Shown here: positions 27,277 to 35,714 of the stretch, one piece after another
Numbering within the stretch: the stretch's first letter is position 1
Layout: each line of letters begins with the position of its first letter
From: an uncultured Lachnospiraceae bacterium
GTDB taxonomy: Bacteria > Bacillota > Clostridia > Oscillospirales > CAG-272
Assembly (NCBI GenBank): GCA_964623895.1
Contig: CAZUWA010000002.1
Location: 3,636-67,635, forward strand
Length of the DNA stretch: 64,000 nucleotides
Direction of reading: 5' to 3'
The notes under the pieces: generated by a model
What the model was told of the DNA's origin: nothing
Databases searched by the model: none
Seen by the model: the letters and a program-made list of their open reading frames with translations, nothing else
Translations under genes and position numbers: made by a program

Positions 27277-28185
27277 TTACAAGTGCCGTACACCTTTTTT
27301 ATCCATAGCAAGATCAACCGCCCTTGCCAAAATATCGGAAAGAGTCTCAACGGCTTCGTCCACCTCCTTGAGCGAAACGAAAAAGCCGCGACCGCGCCGC
27401 AAAACATCCTCCAACTCCGGTGGGATCTCACTGTTTCCCGCTTTCTCGAAGGTATTGGCAACCAAGGTTGAAACATCAACCACCGTCGGTACACCAATGG
27501 CAATGACCGGTATGCCAAAGACTTCCTTTGAAAAACCGGGACGGTCATTCCCCACACCGGCACCGGGAGAGATCCCGGCATTTGACAGTTGCACCGTGCG
27601 GCAAAGTCTGTCGATCGATCCCGCCGCAAGGGCATCAACCGCCAGAATTACAGTGGGATTCAACATTTTTGCGACCGCGTTCACCACCTCTACACTTTCT
27701 ATCCCCGTGTCCCCCAGCACACCGGGTGCCAACGCGCACACTGCACGCTGATCAAGCGCTTCAAAAAGGGCAGGATCGAATTTTTTTAAATGTCCCGTCA
27801 CAAAGATCTTACTTTGCACAGCGGGTCCGACCGCATCGGCAGTCATTCTGCGGTTACCCAATCCGACAAGCAGGACCGGCGCATCGCTCTGCTCTTTTCC
27901 TACTTCGGCGCCGAGCAATCGCTTCAATTGAACTGCCACTGTGTCGGCAAGGAGATCTTTTTCTACCTCAGACATCAGCCACGGCTCTTTGAAAGAAAGC
28001 GTCAGATAGCACCCGACCGGCTTGCCCGTCAATTGCGCACCCTCTTCGGTCAACACGCGTGTTTCGAAAATTTCGATCCCGTTTTGTCGACATACGAAAG
28101 AGGAAACGCCGGGTAACCCCCCTTCCCTTGCACTACTTTGTCGCTCTTCCATCAGATCACTTCTGAAAAATTGCCGCATTTCCAT
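27277..28185 (-). CDS. gpr: Germination protease (GPR endopeptidase)
   Basis: FRSDLMEE near the N-terminus, then LLVGLGNRRMTADAVGP, GVLGDTGIESVEVVNAV and ILAVDALAAGSIDRLCRTVQLSNAGISPGAGVGN, typical of peptidase family A25. Confidence 0.85.
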   Translation of the reverse strand: MEMRQFFRSDLMEERQSSAREGGLPGVSSFVCRQNGIEIFETRVLTEEGAQLTGKPVGCYLTLSFKEPWLMSEVEKDLLADTVAVQLKRLLGAEVGKEQSDAPVLLVGLGNRRMTADAVGPAVQSKIFVTGHLKKFDPALFEALDQRAVCALAPGVLGDTGIESVEVVNAVAKMLNPTVILAVDALAAGSIDRLCRTVQLSNAGISPGAGVGNDRPGFSKEVFGIPVIAIGVPTVVDVSTLVANTFEKAGNSEIPPELEDVLRRGRGFFVSLKEVDEAVETLSDILARAVDLAMDKKGVRHL

Positions 28186-28433
28186 TCACTTTTCCTCTTT
28201 TCTTTCATTTTTAAAATAGTTTCTTCTTAAAACAAAGAAATTACGCATATTTTTTTCGTCAAAACAGAGATTTTCCTCTTTTCTTTTTGTGCATTTCTCT
28301 GAAAATTCGCAAATCTTTTCAAGAAAAGAAAATAACCGTTGCGAAATGCGAAAAAAAATGCTATAATAGGAAATAAAAAGAGAAGTACTGTCCTTCAGTA
28401 TTCAACTTTATTCAGATACCGGGAGAAAATTTG

Positions 28434-30404
28434 ATGAAACGAATTATTGCAACAGTTCTGACACTCCTCATACTGACATTCACACTCTGCGGATGTACAG
28501 TATATTATAGCTTGTTCGGCTATGACGAGGACTACACCGGCCCGCTGATCGAAGCATATCTTTCCGATATGCCGACCACCTTTGACCCGATGTACGCTTA
28601 CACCGATGAATCCGCCGCTTTTGTCATGTCACTCATTTACGAGGGACTTTACAAGTACAACGAAGACGGCAAAGTCGTAAACGCCCTTGCCAAGAGTTAT
28701 AAAAAGACTCTTTGGGATGCGGAAACAGGAGAATTTCAGATCGAAATCACCATCAAAAAAAGCTATTGGAGCGACCAGACGCTTGTCTCTGCCGACCAGT
28801 TCGTTTATGCATGGAGAAGAATTTTAGATCCCGAGGTGACTTCGCCTGCGGCAAGTCTGCTGTATGATATCAAGAATGCACAGGCAATCAAAAATGCAGA
28901 TGAATCCGCTTCGGAAGACGGCTTTATGACCAAGCACGACCTTGGCGCAACCGCTACAGCGACCGACATCATTCGTATTGATTTTGAGCCGAAAAAGGAT
29001 GCGGAAGGCAAATTTGTCGAGCCTGATCTGGATGCATTCTTTGAAAAACTTGCAAGCCCGATGTTGGTTCCTGTCCGTTCCGACTGCGTTTCAAAACTGA
29101 CAGATTGGGCTTCCAACAACGGAACCGTTTATGCAAACGGTCCCTTCTTCCTCAAGACCTTCTACTACAACACGGAAGGTTACGACGATCAGATCCATCT
29201 TGAAAGAAACAAATATTATATGCGTGACGAAGAAGTCGATCCGATCGACAGTTACGTCAAACCTTACGGATTTCTTATTTCTTGCGCAAAAGCGGACGTT
29301 GTGAGAGACGAGCAAGGTAAGATCGTCGAGACCTTGAAGAGTTACTCAAGCGCTGCGGAGAGAGCTTTGGCACGTTACAACGAAGGATTGGTCTCTCTCT
29401 TGGGTTATTTGCCTCTTTCGGAGAGAAACAACTATAAGGATCAGGTCAAGACCTACGACACTCTCTTCACCCACAGTTATTATTTCAACACAAAAAATCC
29501 CTTGTTCGAAAAAGCAGAGGTCCGTCAGGCACTTTCAATGGCGCTTGATCGTACAGAACTGGCAAACCGCATCGTATTTGCTTCGGCAGCAACCTCTGTT
29601 GTCAATCCATTGGCATTTGCAAACGGATATTCCGGAAAGACCTCTTTCTCGGCAGGTTCCTCCTCTCCCATCAAGGAGACAGCGGAATTTGACGCTGCGA
29701 AAGATCTTCTGAAGCAAGCAGGCGTGACAAGCGGAAGTTTCACCATCACCGTTAAATCAGGCGATGAGGTCGCTCTTGCAAGTGCAGAATACTGCAAAGA
29801 AGTTTGGGGAAAATTGGGCTTTACGGTAACCATTCGGGAATTGGAATGTCTCACCTACAACGAAAACGACTATTCCGGCATTCTCGATCTGTATAAAGAA
29901 TGTTTCTATGCCAACGGTGAAGATTATGTCATCGACACGGCCAATAAACTCAATCTGTCCATTCCAGAAAGTTACAAGGTCAAGATCGACGGCGTAGATA
30001 CCGGCAAGGTCGAAGGATACGACGTCATTGCGGTAGATCTCTATCAGAGTTCGACGAGTGCTTTCTCCACCCTTGCACAGTATTCGAAATACTTCTCCGG
30101 CGGAGCGATCGACCTGTCCAAAGCACAGGATGCCTATCAGCCTGTCGCGCCTTTGACAAGTTATGACAACGAACAGTATAACGAATACATTCAGAAAGCG
30201 TATGACGCTACCGATGCTGCAACGAGAAACGAGTATCTTTACAAGGCAGAAGAACTTCTGATGACGGAAGTTCCGGTCATGCCACTGTTCACACAGCAGA
30301 CCTCCGTACTCATCAAATCGAATCTGAAGGGCGTTAATTTCTCCTTTGGAGGTACACCTATCTTTACAAAGGTGACCGACAAAGACTATAAAGAAGAAGA
30401 TTAA
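28434..30404 (+). CDS. Family-5 (peptide/oligopeptide-type) ABC substrate-binding lipoprotein, orphan
   Basis: Lipobox LTFTLCGC. About 650 aa of OppA/DppA-like size and pattern (TFDPMYAYTDESAAFVMSLIYEGLYKYNEDGKV). No permease or ATPase genes are adjacent. Confidence 0.7.
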   Translation: MKRIIATVLTLLILTFTLCGCTVYYSLFGYDEDYTGPLIEAYLSDMPTTFDPMYAYTDESAAFVMSLIYEGLYKYNEDGKVVNALAKSYKKTLWDAETGEFQIEITIKKSYWSDQTLVSADQFVYAWRRILDPEVTSPAASLLYDIKNAQAIKNADESASEDGFMTKHDLGATATATDIIRIDFEPKKDAEGKFVEPDLDAFFEKLASPMLVPVRSDCVSKLTDWASNNGTVYANGPFFLKTFYYNTEGYDDQIHLERNKYYMRDEEVDPIDSYVKPYGFLISCAKADVVRDEQGKIVETLKSYSSAAERALARYNEGLVSLLGYLPLSERNNYKDQVKTYDTLFTHSYYFNTKNPLFEKAEVRQALSMALDRTELANRIVFASAATSVVNPLAFANGYSGKTSFSAGSSSPIKETAEFDAAKDLLKQAGVTSGSFTITVKSGDEVALASAEYCKEVWGKLGFTVTIRELECLTYNENDYSGILDLYKECFYANGEDYVIDTANKLNLSIPESYKVKIDGVDTGKVEGYDVIAVDLYQSSTSAFSTLAQYSKYFSGGAIDLSKAQDAYQPVAPLTSYDNEQYNEYIQKAYDATDAATRNEYLYKAEELLMTEVPVMPLFTQQTSVLIKSNLKGVNFSFGGTPIFTKVTDKDYKEED

Positions 30405-30416
30405 ATTTCGATGAAA

Positions 30417-30460
30417 AAGGCAGTTTCGGCAACCATGGGTTGCAAAACTGCCTTTTTTAT
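30417..30460 (+). terminator. Intrinsic terminator after the substrate-binding protein gene
   Basis: AAGGCAGTTT...GCAACC/GGTTGC...AAACTGCCTT long hairpin followed by TTTTTT. Confidence 0.75.
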
Positions 30461-30478
30461 CAAGAAAAAAGGTGAATT

Positions 30479-31030
30479 ATGATACAGTACAAATTAAAAG
30501 ACAAAAACGACATCAAGCTCTTTATCCTTTATATGCTGGTTTGTCTTGACAGACCGATGACCTACCTTGAGTTAAACGATATTCTGGTACAGGACGAATT
30601 CATCAGTTGGTTTGATTGTGCGGAATGTTTCAATGAACTTTTGGATTCCGGAAACGTGACCACCATCTATGACGGTCCAGGGCAGGTAAAATACGGAATC
30701 ACCGAACAGGGAAAGCAAGTATCGGCTACGCTGTGCAGCGAGATCAGCAATTATATCCGCGCGCAAGGAAAACGCAGTGCAATGCGTTTTCTCAACAAAG
30801 AAGCAACAGGAACGCTAAAGACCATCAGCGAAAACAGGAACGACGGTCGCGTCAACCTCAATTTCAAGTACAGCATTAACAATGAAACACTGTTAGACCT
30901 AACGCTCATTGCGGAAAACGGTTATCAAGCAGCGGCAATAGAACAGAATTTCAGAGCCGATCCGCACAATGTCTACCTTGATCTTCTCCTCTTTTTGCAG
31001 GGAAAGAATGCAGAAGGAGTTACTTTTTAA
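30479..31030 (+). CDS. Hypothetical protein, DUF4364-like (winged-helix-like N-terminus)
   Basis: KLFILYMLVCLDRPMTYLELNDILVQDEF resembles the PadR/DUF4364-type N-terminal domain seen in Clostridia. This assignment is from memory only. Confidence 0.45.
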   Translation: MIQYKLKDKNDIKLFILYMLVCLDRPMTYLELNDILVQDEFISWFDCAECFNELLDSGNVTTIYDGPGQVKYGITEQGKQVSATLCSEISNYIRAQGKRSAMRFLNKEATGTLKTISENRNDGRVNLNFKYSINNETLLDLTLIAENGYQAAAIEQNFRADPHNVYLDLLLFLQGKNAEGVTF

Positions 31031-31161
31031 AAAGCCGAGAGATCGTGTATAAAAAGATCGAAGGCGGCATCTCGGGAAAAAATAAATATCTTTTCGCGCG
31101 CAATCCACTCTTTTTTAAAAATATTGTTTTCAGCAAATTGCAAAAAAATGTGAAAAAACTA

Positions 31162-31190
31162 TTGACAAATCTTTTTTTTAATGTTATTAT
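31162..31190 (+). promoter_or_regulatory. Sigma-A-like promoter upstream of the sigma-factor gene
   Basis: TTGACA (31162), 17 nt, TATTAT (31185). Confidence 0.5.
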
Positions 31191-31234
31191 GTGCTGTGTA
31201 AGATCAATCATGGTATTTTTTGTAGGAGTGTACT

Positions 31235-31813
31235 TTGTCTGAAAGATCGGAGATTGTCGAATTGATCGGCAAAATAAAAGAAAACACAGATCAATTTGCA
31301 CTTGAAAAACTGATCGAATTGTATAAAGCGTCCTTACAAAAGACAGCAGATTACTATAAAAAAAATCCCGCATTTCTCAACTACACGGAAAACGAGATCT
31401 ATCAGGAGATTATTATCGCTTTTGAACGTGCGGCACAGACCTATCGTGCCGAGACGGGATATACCTTCTATACGTACGCCATGCGTTGCATTCGCAACAG
31501 GATGATCTCCAACATCAGAAAGATCAAAAAAGAGGAAAAGAAAAAGCAAACAAACCGCCCCGGCAGTGTTGCCGTCTCCCCCGTTGAGCGCGACAGTGAA
31601 ATACTCTCAGCCGCCGAGATCCAAGGTGTTATTTCTGATTCCGGTCTTTCCATGCGTGAAGCAACCGTATTCAAGTTGTTCATTGCAGGAAAGAGTTACA
31701 AGGAGATTGCAAAGCTTCTCGGTTGCAACTTCAAATCTGTAGATAATGCAATAATGCGGGCAAGATCAAAGATCCGCAGAAAATTCATAGAGCGTCGGAT
31801 GGGTTCAAAGTGA
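31235..31813 (+). CDS. Sigma-70 family sigma factor, SigH-like
   Basis: Region 2 (YQEIIIAFERAAQTYRAETGYTFYTYAMRCIRNRMISNIRK) and region 4 HTH (SYKEIAKLLGCNFKSVDNAIMRARSKIRRKF). The KS(I/V)DNA..R pattern resembles SigH. TTG start. Confidence 0.7.
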   Translation: MSERSEIVELIGKIKENTDQFALEKLIELYKASLQKTADYYKKNPAFLNYTENEIYQEIIIAFERAAQTYRAETGYTFYTYAMRCIRNRMISNIRKIKKEEKKKQTNRPGSVAVSPVERDSEILSAAEIQGVISDSGLSMREATVFKLFIAGKSYKEIAKLLGCNFKSVDNAIMRARSKIRRKFIERRMGSK

Positions 31814-31969
31814 GATCTGTGGCATGTATGCCGTTTGATATAGCGGGAGACCGCACCCCATATGCCCGTGTAGCTTAATGAAGAGCGTTGTGACCCCATA
31901 TGTTTCAAAGGTGGCGGTGTAAATCCGTCCTCAGGGTAAAATTAATATCGCAAAGCGAGGAAAAAACAC

Positions 31970-32254
31970 ATGTACGAAGACATCACATTGACTTGTAAAG
32001 AATGCGGAAACGAATTCACATTCACCGCAGGCGAGCAGGCTTTCTACGCAGAAAAAGGCTTCCAGAATAAGCCGAAGATGTGCAAGGCTTGCCGTCAGGC
32101 AAAGAAGGCAGGCGCAAGCCAGCAGGAAACTCCCCGTGAAATGTTCACCTGCACCTGCGCAAACTGCGGCGGTGAGGCAAGCGTTCCCTTCCAGCCCAGT
32201 AATGACAGACCCGTATATTGCAGTGCATGCTATGCTGCAATGCGTCAAGGCTAA
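31970..32254 (+). CDS. Zinc-ribbon protein with four CxxC pairs (CxxC-x17-CxxC family)
   Basis: LTCKECGNEFTFTAGEQAFYAEKGFQNKPKMCKACRQAKK followed by FTCTCANCGGEASVPFQPSNDRPVYCSACY. Confidence 0.7.
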   Translation: MYEDITLTCKECGNEFTFTAGEQAFYAEKGFQNKPKMCKACRQAKKAGASQQETPREMFTCTCANCGGEASVPFQPSNDRPVYCSACYAAMRQG

Positions 32255-32304
32255 TTATATTTTAAGGTCACATAAGACACACGAGCAAGTCAAAAAAAAG
32301 CAAC

Positions 32305-32337
32305 AACCGATGGGCGACCATCGGTTTTGTTTTTTGC
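32305..32337 (+). terminator. Intrinsic terminator
   Basis: AACCGATGG, loop GCGA, CCATCGGTT, followed by TTGTTTTTT. Confidence 0.8.
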
Positions 32338-32354
32338 GATAAACGATCTTTCAA

Positions 32355-33266
32355 ATGAAAGCGAAGGTCATAAATATGAACTCTATTGATTATTCCACCT
32401 GCAGGCTTTGCCCAAGGCATTGCGGCAAAAACAGAGTGTCAAGCGTCGGATATTGCGGCGTAGGCGCAGAACTGAAAATCGCGCGTGCGGGACTTCATTT
32501 TTATGAAGAACCATGCATTTCCGGTAAAAACGGATCTGGGACGATCTTTTTTTCGGGATGTCCTTTGGGATGTATTTTCTGCCAGAACCGCGAGATCAGC
32601 ACACGTGCCTACGGAAAGGAAATTTCCATCGAACGGCTGCGTGAGATCTGTTTTGAGTTGAAAGCGTCAGGTGCGGAAAATATCAATCTGGTAACGCCGA
32701 TGCATTTTGCTCCACAGATCAAAGAAGCACTTATGCCGATCAAGAAAACGTTGGCACTGCCAATCATCGTCAATACCGGTGGGTATGACAGCCCCAAACA
32801 GTTGTCGTTTTTTGACGGTCTTGCCGATATTTACCTTCCCGATTTCAAGTTTTACACAGAGGAAACGGGAAAAGAATTTGCAAATGCTCCTGACTACCCA
32901 AAGATTGCGGAAGCGGCATTGCACGAAATGTTCCGACAAGTCGGCAGACCAATCTTCAATGAATGCGGTATGCTTCAAAAAGGAATGATCGTGCGGCATC
33001 TGATCCTCCCCGGAAAGCGCAAAGAAAGCATAGATGTTGTGGAAAAACTTGCAGAGATCTTTAAAAAAGAGGATATTCTTCTTTCATTGATGAGCCAGTA
33101 TACGCCCCTACCAAATTCTCAGGGAAGCCTTGCGCGGACCATCACCACTTTTGAAGCGCAAACGGTGCAAAAAGCGGTCGAGCGCATAGGTTTTGAGGGA
33201 TATTTCCAAGAACGCTCCTCAGCAAAGGAAAAATATACCCCCCTCTTCGATCTCACCGGCGTTTGA
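32355..33266 (+). CDS. Radical SAM protein, PflX-type (putative pyruvate formate-lyase activase-like)
   Basis: N-terminal CRLCPRHCG...GYCG cluster plus the radical SAM motif GCPLGCIFCQN. Confidence 0.7.
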   Translation: MKAKVINMNSIDYSTCRLCPRHCGKNRVSSVGYCGVGAELKIARAGLHFYEEPCISGKNGSGTIFFSGCPLGCIFCQNREISTRAYGKEISIERLREICFELKASGAENINLVTPMHFAPQIKEALMPIKKTLALPIIVNTGGYDSPKQLSFFDGLADIYLPDFKFYTEETGKEFANAPDYPKIAEAALHEMFRQVGRPIFNECGMLQKGMIVRHLILPGKRKESIDVVEKLAEIFKKEDILLSLMSQYTPLPNSQGSLARTITTFEAQTVQKAVERIGFEGYFQERSSAKEKYTPLFDLTGV

Positions 33267-33430
33267 GAACAGCAAACAAAAGTCAAAAGGAAGGTTCCCT
33301 TCAAAAATAAAGGTGAGGTCATCTTGCCTTTTCTCCCACAACATAGCTTCGTATTCCCCCTTTCGCAACTCAATACCGCAATATTTCTCCATCGCGCTGT
33401 CACCTTCTTCAAAGAGGGCATATACTGTTC

Positions 33431-34357
33431 GTGAAGGGCGGTGAAAGGATGGAAAATCAAGATATTCAGACGACAAAGATCACTCAAACAGTTGCCGTGA
33501 TCGGCGGTGATGAGCGTGCGATCTACGCGGCGCGCATTCTCGCTAAACAAGGAAAAAAGATCGTGTTATATGCACTGGAAGAACATTTTATGGGAAACTG
33601 TGCAGAATTTGACAGAGTCGACTGCAAAGCACCTTATCTAATCTCGGAAGCAATAGAAAATTCTGATATTTTACTCTTTCCAATTCCTTTTTCGAAAGAC
33701 CAAAAGACGGTATTTACCCCCTTTTCAAGAGAACCGCTGACTGTTTCGGCGGTGGAAGAAGCGGTCTCAAGCAGCAAAAAGAAGCTGTTTGTGGCAGGCG
33801 GAGGGCTGTCCGACTACCGACTTTCCGCGCACACGGTATTTGACTTTTTAAAGCAAGAAGAATTTCTTTTTAAAAATGCCCTTCCGAGCGCCGAAGGAGC
33901 GATCGGGCTTGCCATTCTTCACCACCGTTCTGTTTTGAAGGGTTGTTCGGTGGCGGTACTTGGATTTGGCAGGATCGCTTCGTTACTTGCGGAAAAACTT
34001 TCTATAATGGGTGCGGAAGTCACTGTTTTCGCACGCCGCGAAGAGCAACGAAAAAAAGCGAGAAGATTGCCTGTAAAAGCGGAAAAACTATCAGATCTTT
34101 CCTTGTTTTGTGCAGATTTTTCAATTTTCTTCAACACGATACCGATGCCGTTCATCGACTTCGAAACAGTAGAAAAAATGTCGGAAAACAGCCTGTATAT
34201 CGAGCTTGCATCCGCCCCCTACGGCATGGATGAAGAAATAAAAAAGCATTACAAAGGAGACTTTCTACCGGCACCCGGACTGCCCGGGAGATACTGCCCG
34301 GAATATGCAGGAAAAGTCATCGCAGAAATATTGTCTTCTGCGATTGAAAAACCGTAA
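33431..34357 (+). CDS. dpaA: Dipicolinate synthase subunit A
   Basis: VAVIGGDERAIYAARIL, LPSAEGAIGLAI and VAVLGFGRIASLLAEKLSIMGAEVTVFARR. The start is uncertain (GTG at 33431 or ATG at 33449). Confidence 0.8.
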   Translation: MKGGERMENQDIQTTKITQTVAVIGGDERAIYAARILAKQGKKIVLYALEEHFMGNCAEFDRVDCKAPYLISEAIENSDILLFPIPFSKDQKTVFTPFSREPLTVSAVEEAVSSSKKKLFVAGGGLSDYRLSAHTVFDFLKQEEFLFKNALPSAEGAIGLAILHHRSVLKGCSVAVLGFGRIASLLAEKLSIMGAEVTVFARREEQRKKARRLPVKAEKLSDLSLFCADFSIFFNTIPMPFIDFETVEKMSENSLYIELASAPYGMDEEIKKHYKGDFLPAPGLPGRYCPEYAGKVIAEILSSAIEKP

Positions 34358-34443
34358 CGGCAGAAGACCGCCTTTCGTTCGAGATCTTTGAAAGATTAAA
34401 AAAGGGCAGTTATGCCCCATAAAGCGTACCCCGGAGGATCGCT

Positions 34444-35004
34444 ATGCTAATATGTTACGGACTTTGCGGCTCTTTTTGCACGCTGAGCCGTTCTTTCGAG
34501 GAAATGAAAAAGTTAAAAAAAGCCGGACATCAACTGTTGCCTGTCGGCAGTTTTTCCGTATTGGAGACCGACACTCGGTTTATGCCGGCATCGGAAGTCA
34601 TCCGACAAGCGGAGGAGATCAGCGGTAAGCGCATCATTGCGAACCTTGCAGACGCCGAGCCGATCGGACCGATCATGAAGCCGGACATTATGATCATCGC
34701 GCCCCTGACCGGCAATTCACTTGCAAAACTGGCGCATGGAATCTATGATACCCCCGTAACGCTCGCCGCAAAGGCACATTTGCGGAACTGCCGACCGCTT
34801 CTCCTCGGTCTTTGCACCAATGACGCCCTTTCCGGCAATTTTAAAAATATCGCCGAACTTTACACGCGAAAAAACATCTACTTTCTTCCGCTTTATCAAG
34901 ACGATCCGAAGAACAAACCGCATTCGCTCGTCTGCCGATTTGAACAAACGGAAGAAGCGATGGAAGCAGCAAAAAAAGGGAAACAACTGCCGTTGTTTGC
35001 GTAA
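34444..35004 (+). CDS. dpaB: Dipicolinate synthase subunit B (flavoprotein)
   Basis: GLCGSFCT N-terminal flavoprotein motif and IIAPLTGNSLAKLAHGIYDTPV. GGAGGA lies 6 nt upstream of the ATG. Confidence 0.8.
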   Translation: MLICYGLCGSFCTLSRSFEEMKKLKKAGHQLLPVGSFSVLETDTRFMPASEVIRQAEEISGKRIIANLADAEPIGPIMKPDIMIIAPLTGNSLAKLAHGIYDTPVTLAAKAHLRNCRPLLLGLCTNDALSGNFKNIAELYTRKNIYFLPLYQDDPKNKPHSLVCRFEQTEEAMEAAKKGKQLPLFA

Positions 35005-35013
35005 CAAAACAAT

Positions 35014-35052
35014 AAAAAAATCGCCGTGCACCACAGTGCACAGCGATTTTTT
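35014..35052. terminator. Bidirectional terminator between dpaB and jag
   Basis: A-run, ATCGCCGTGCAC, loop CACA, GTGCACAGCGAT, T-run. Confidence 0.75.
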
Positions 35053-35695
35053 AATCATTTTCTTCCAAAGCAATAACGACTTTACGGTTGTTATCTATGC
35101 CGACCGAATAGGTGGTCACACCTTCGATCGACTGCACTTCCGAATGGATGATGCGGCGTTCGTACGCTGACATCGGTTCAAGTGTCACGTTTCTTCCGGA
35201 CTTCAACACTCTGCCTGCCATTCTTCTTGCAAGTGCTTTGAGTGTTTCGGCACGTTTCTCTCTGTAATTTTCAATATCAATGATGATGCGACGGTAGTTT
35301 CTCTTGTCGTTTTCATCGGTCTTTTTGTTTGCCGCGAGATTTGCAAGATACTGCAATGCATCCATCGTTTCACCGTGATAACCAATCAGCATACCGGCAT
35401 CCTCACCGGAAATGCGAATAATGCATTCGTTTTCTTCCCCTTTTTCCATGGTCGCGGTTACGTCAGCACCCATATTGGAAATAAGGGTACGCACAAAGTC
35501 TAGCGCAAGCTTTCCTGCATCAGCGGTATAGATGACTTTTACCTGTGCCGCAACTTTACCAAAGCCCAAAATACCTCTTTTCGGCTCGACCAACACCTCG
35601 TATTCCAGTTCGGACTGCATTACGCCAAGCTGTTCGGCTGCTTTAGTCAGCGCCTCTTCAACCGTTGTGCCGGTTAAAATCAATTCCTGAGTCAA
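35051..35695 (-). CDS. jag: RNA-binding protein Jag/KhpB (Jag_N, KH, R3H)
   Basis: Its position downstream of yidC, and a C-terminal R3H region (TLEPMSAYERRIIHSEVQSIEGVTTYSVG). Confidence 0.88.
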   Translation of the reverse strand: MTQELILTGTTVEEALTKAAEQLGVMQSELEYEVLVEPKRGILGFGKVAAQVKVIYTADAGKLALDFVRTLISNMGADVTATMEKGEENECIIRISGEDAGMLIGYHGETMDALQYLANLAANKKTDENDKRNYRRIIIDIENYREKRAETLKALARRMAGRVLKSGRNVTLEPMSAYERRIIHSEVQSIEGVTTYSVGIDNNRKVVIALEEND

Positions 35696-35714
35696 AGTAA
35701 TTTTCCTCCGATTA

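Noticed and set aside
31860-31935. tRNA-like start (GCCCGTGTAGCTTAATG...) in the spacer after the sigma-factor gene
   Set aside because: There is no complementary 3' acceptor strand (no CACGGGC), no GGTTCGAATCC-type T-loop and no plausible anticodon arm on either strand.
33219-33392. 57-codon minus-strand ORF (MEKYCGIELRKGEYEAMLWEK...) in the spacer before dpaA, with an AAGGTG 8 nt upstream
   Set aside because: It overlaps the 3' end of the radical SAM gene, matches no recognised family, and is of a length expected by chance. Without conservation or expression data it is not worth calling.
33380-33430. SigK-type promoter for dpaA/dpaB (CAC...15 nt...CATATACT)
   Set aside because: The match to the mother-cell sigma-K consensus (AC-16/17 nt-CATAnnnTA) is loose and the spacing is off by one or two nucleotides. 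It is plausible biologically but not supportable from sequence alone.
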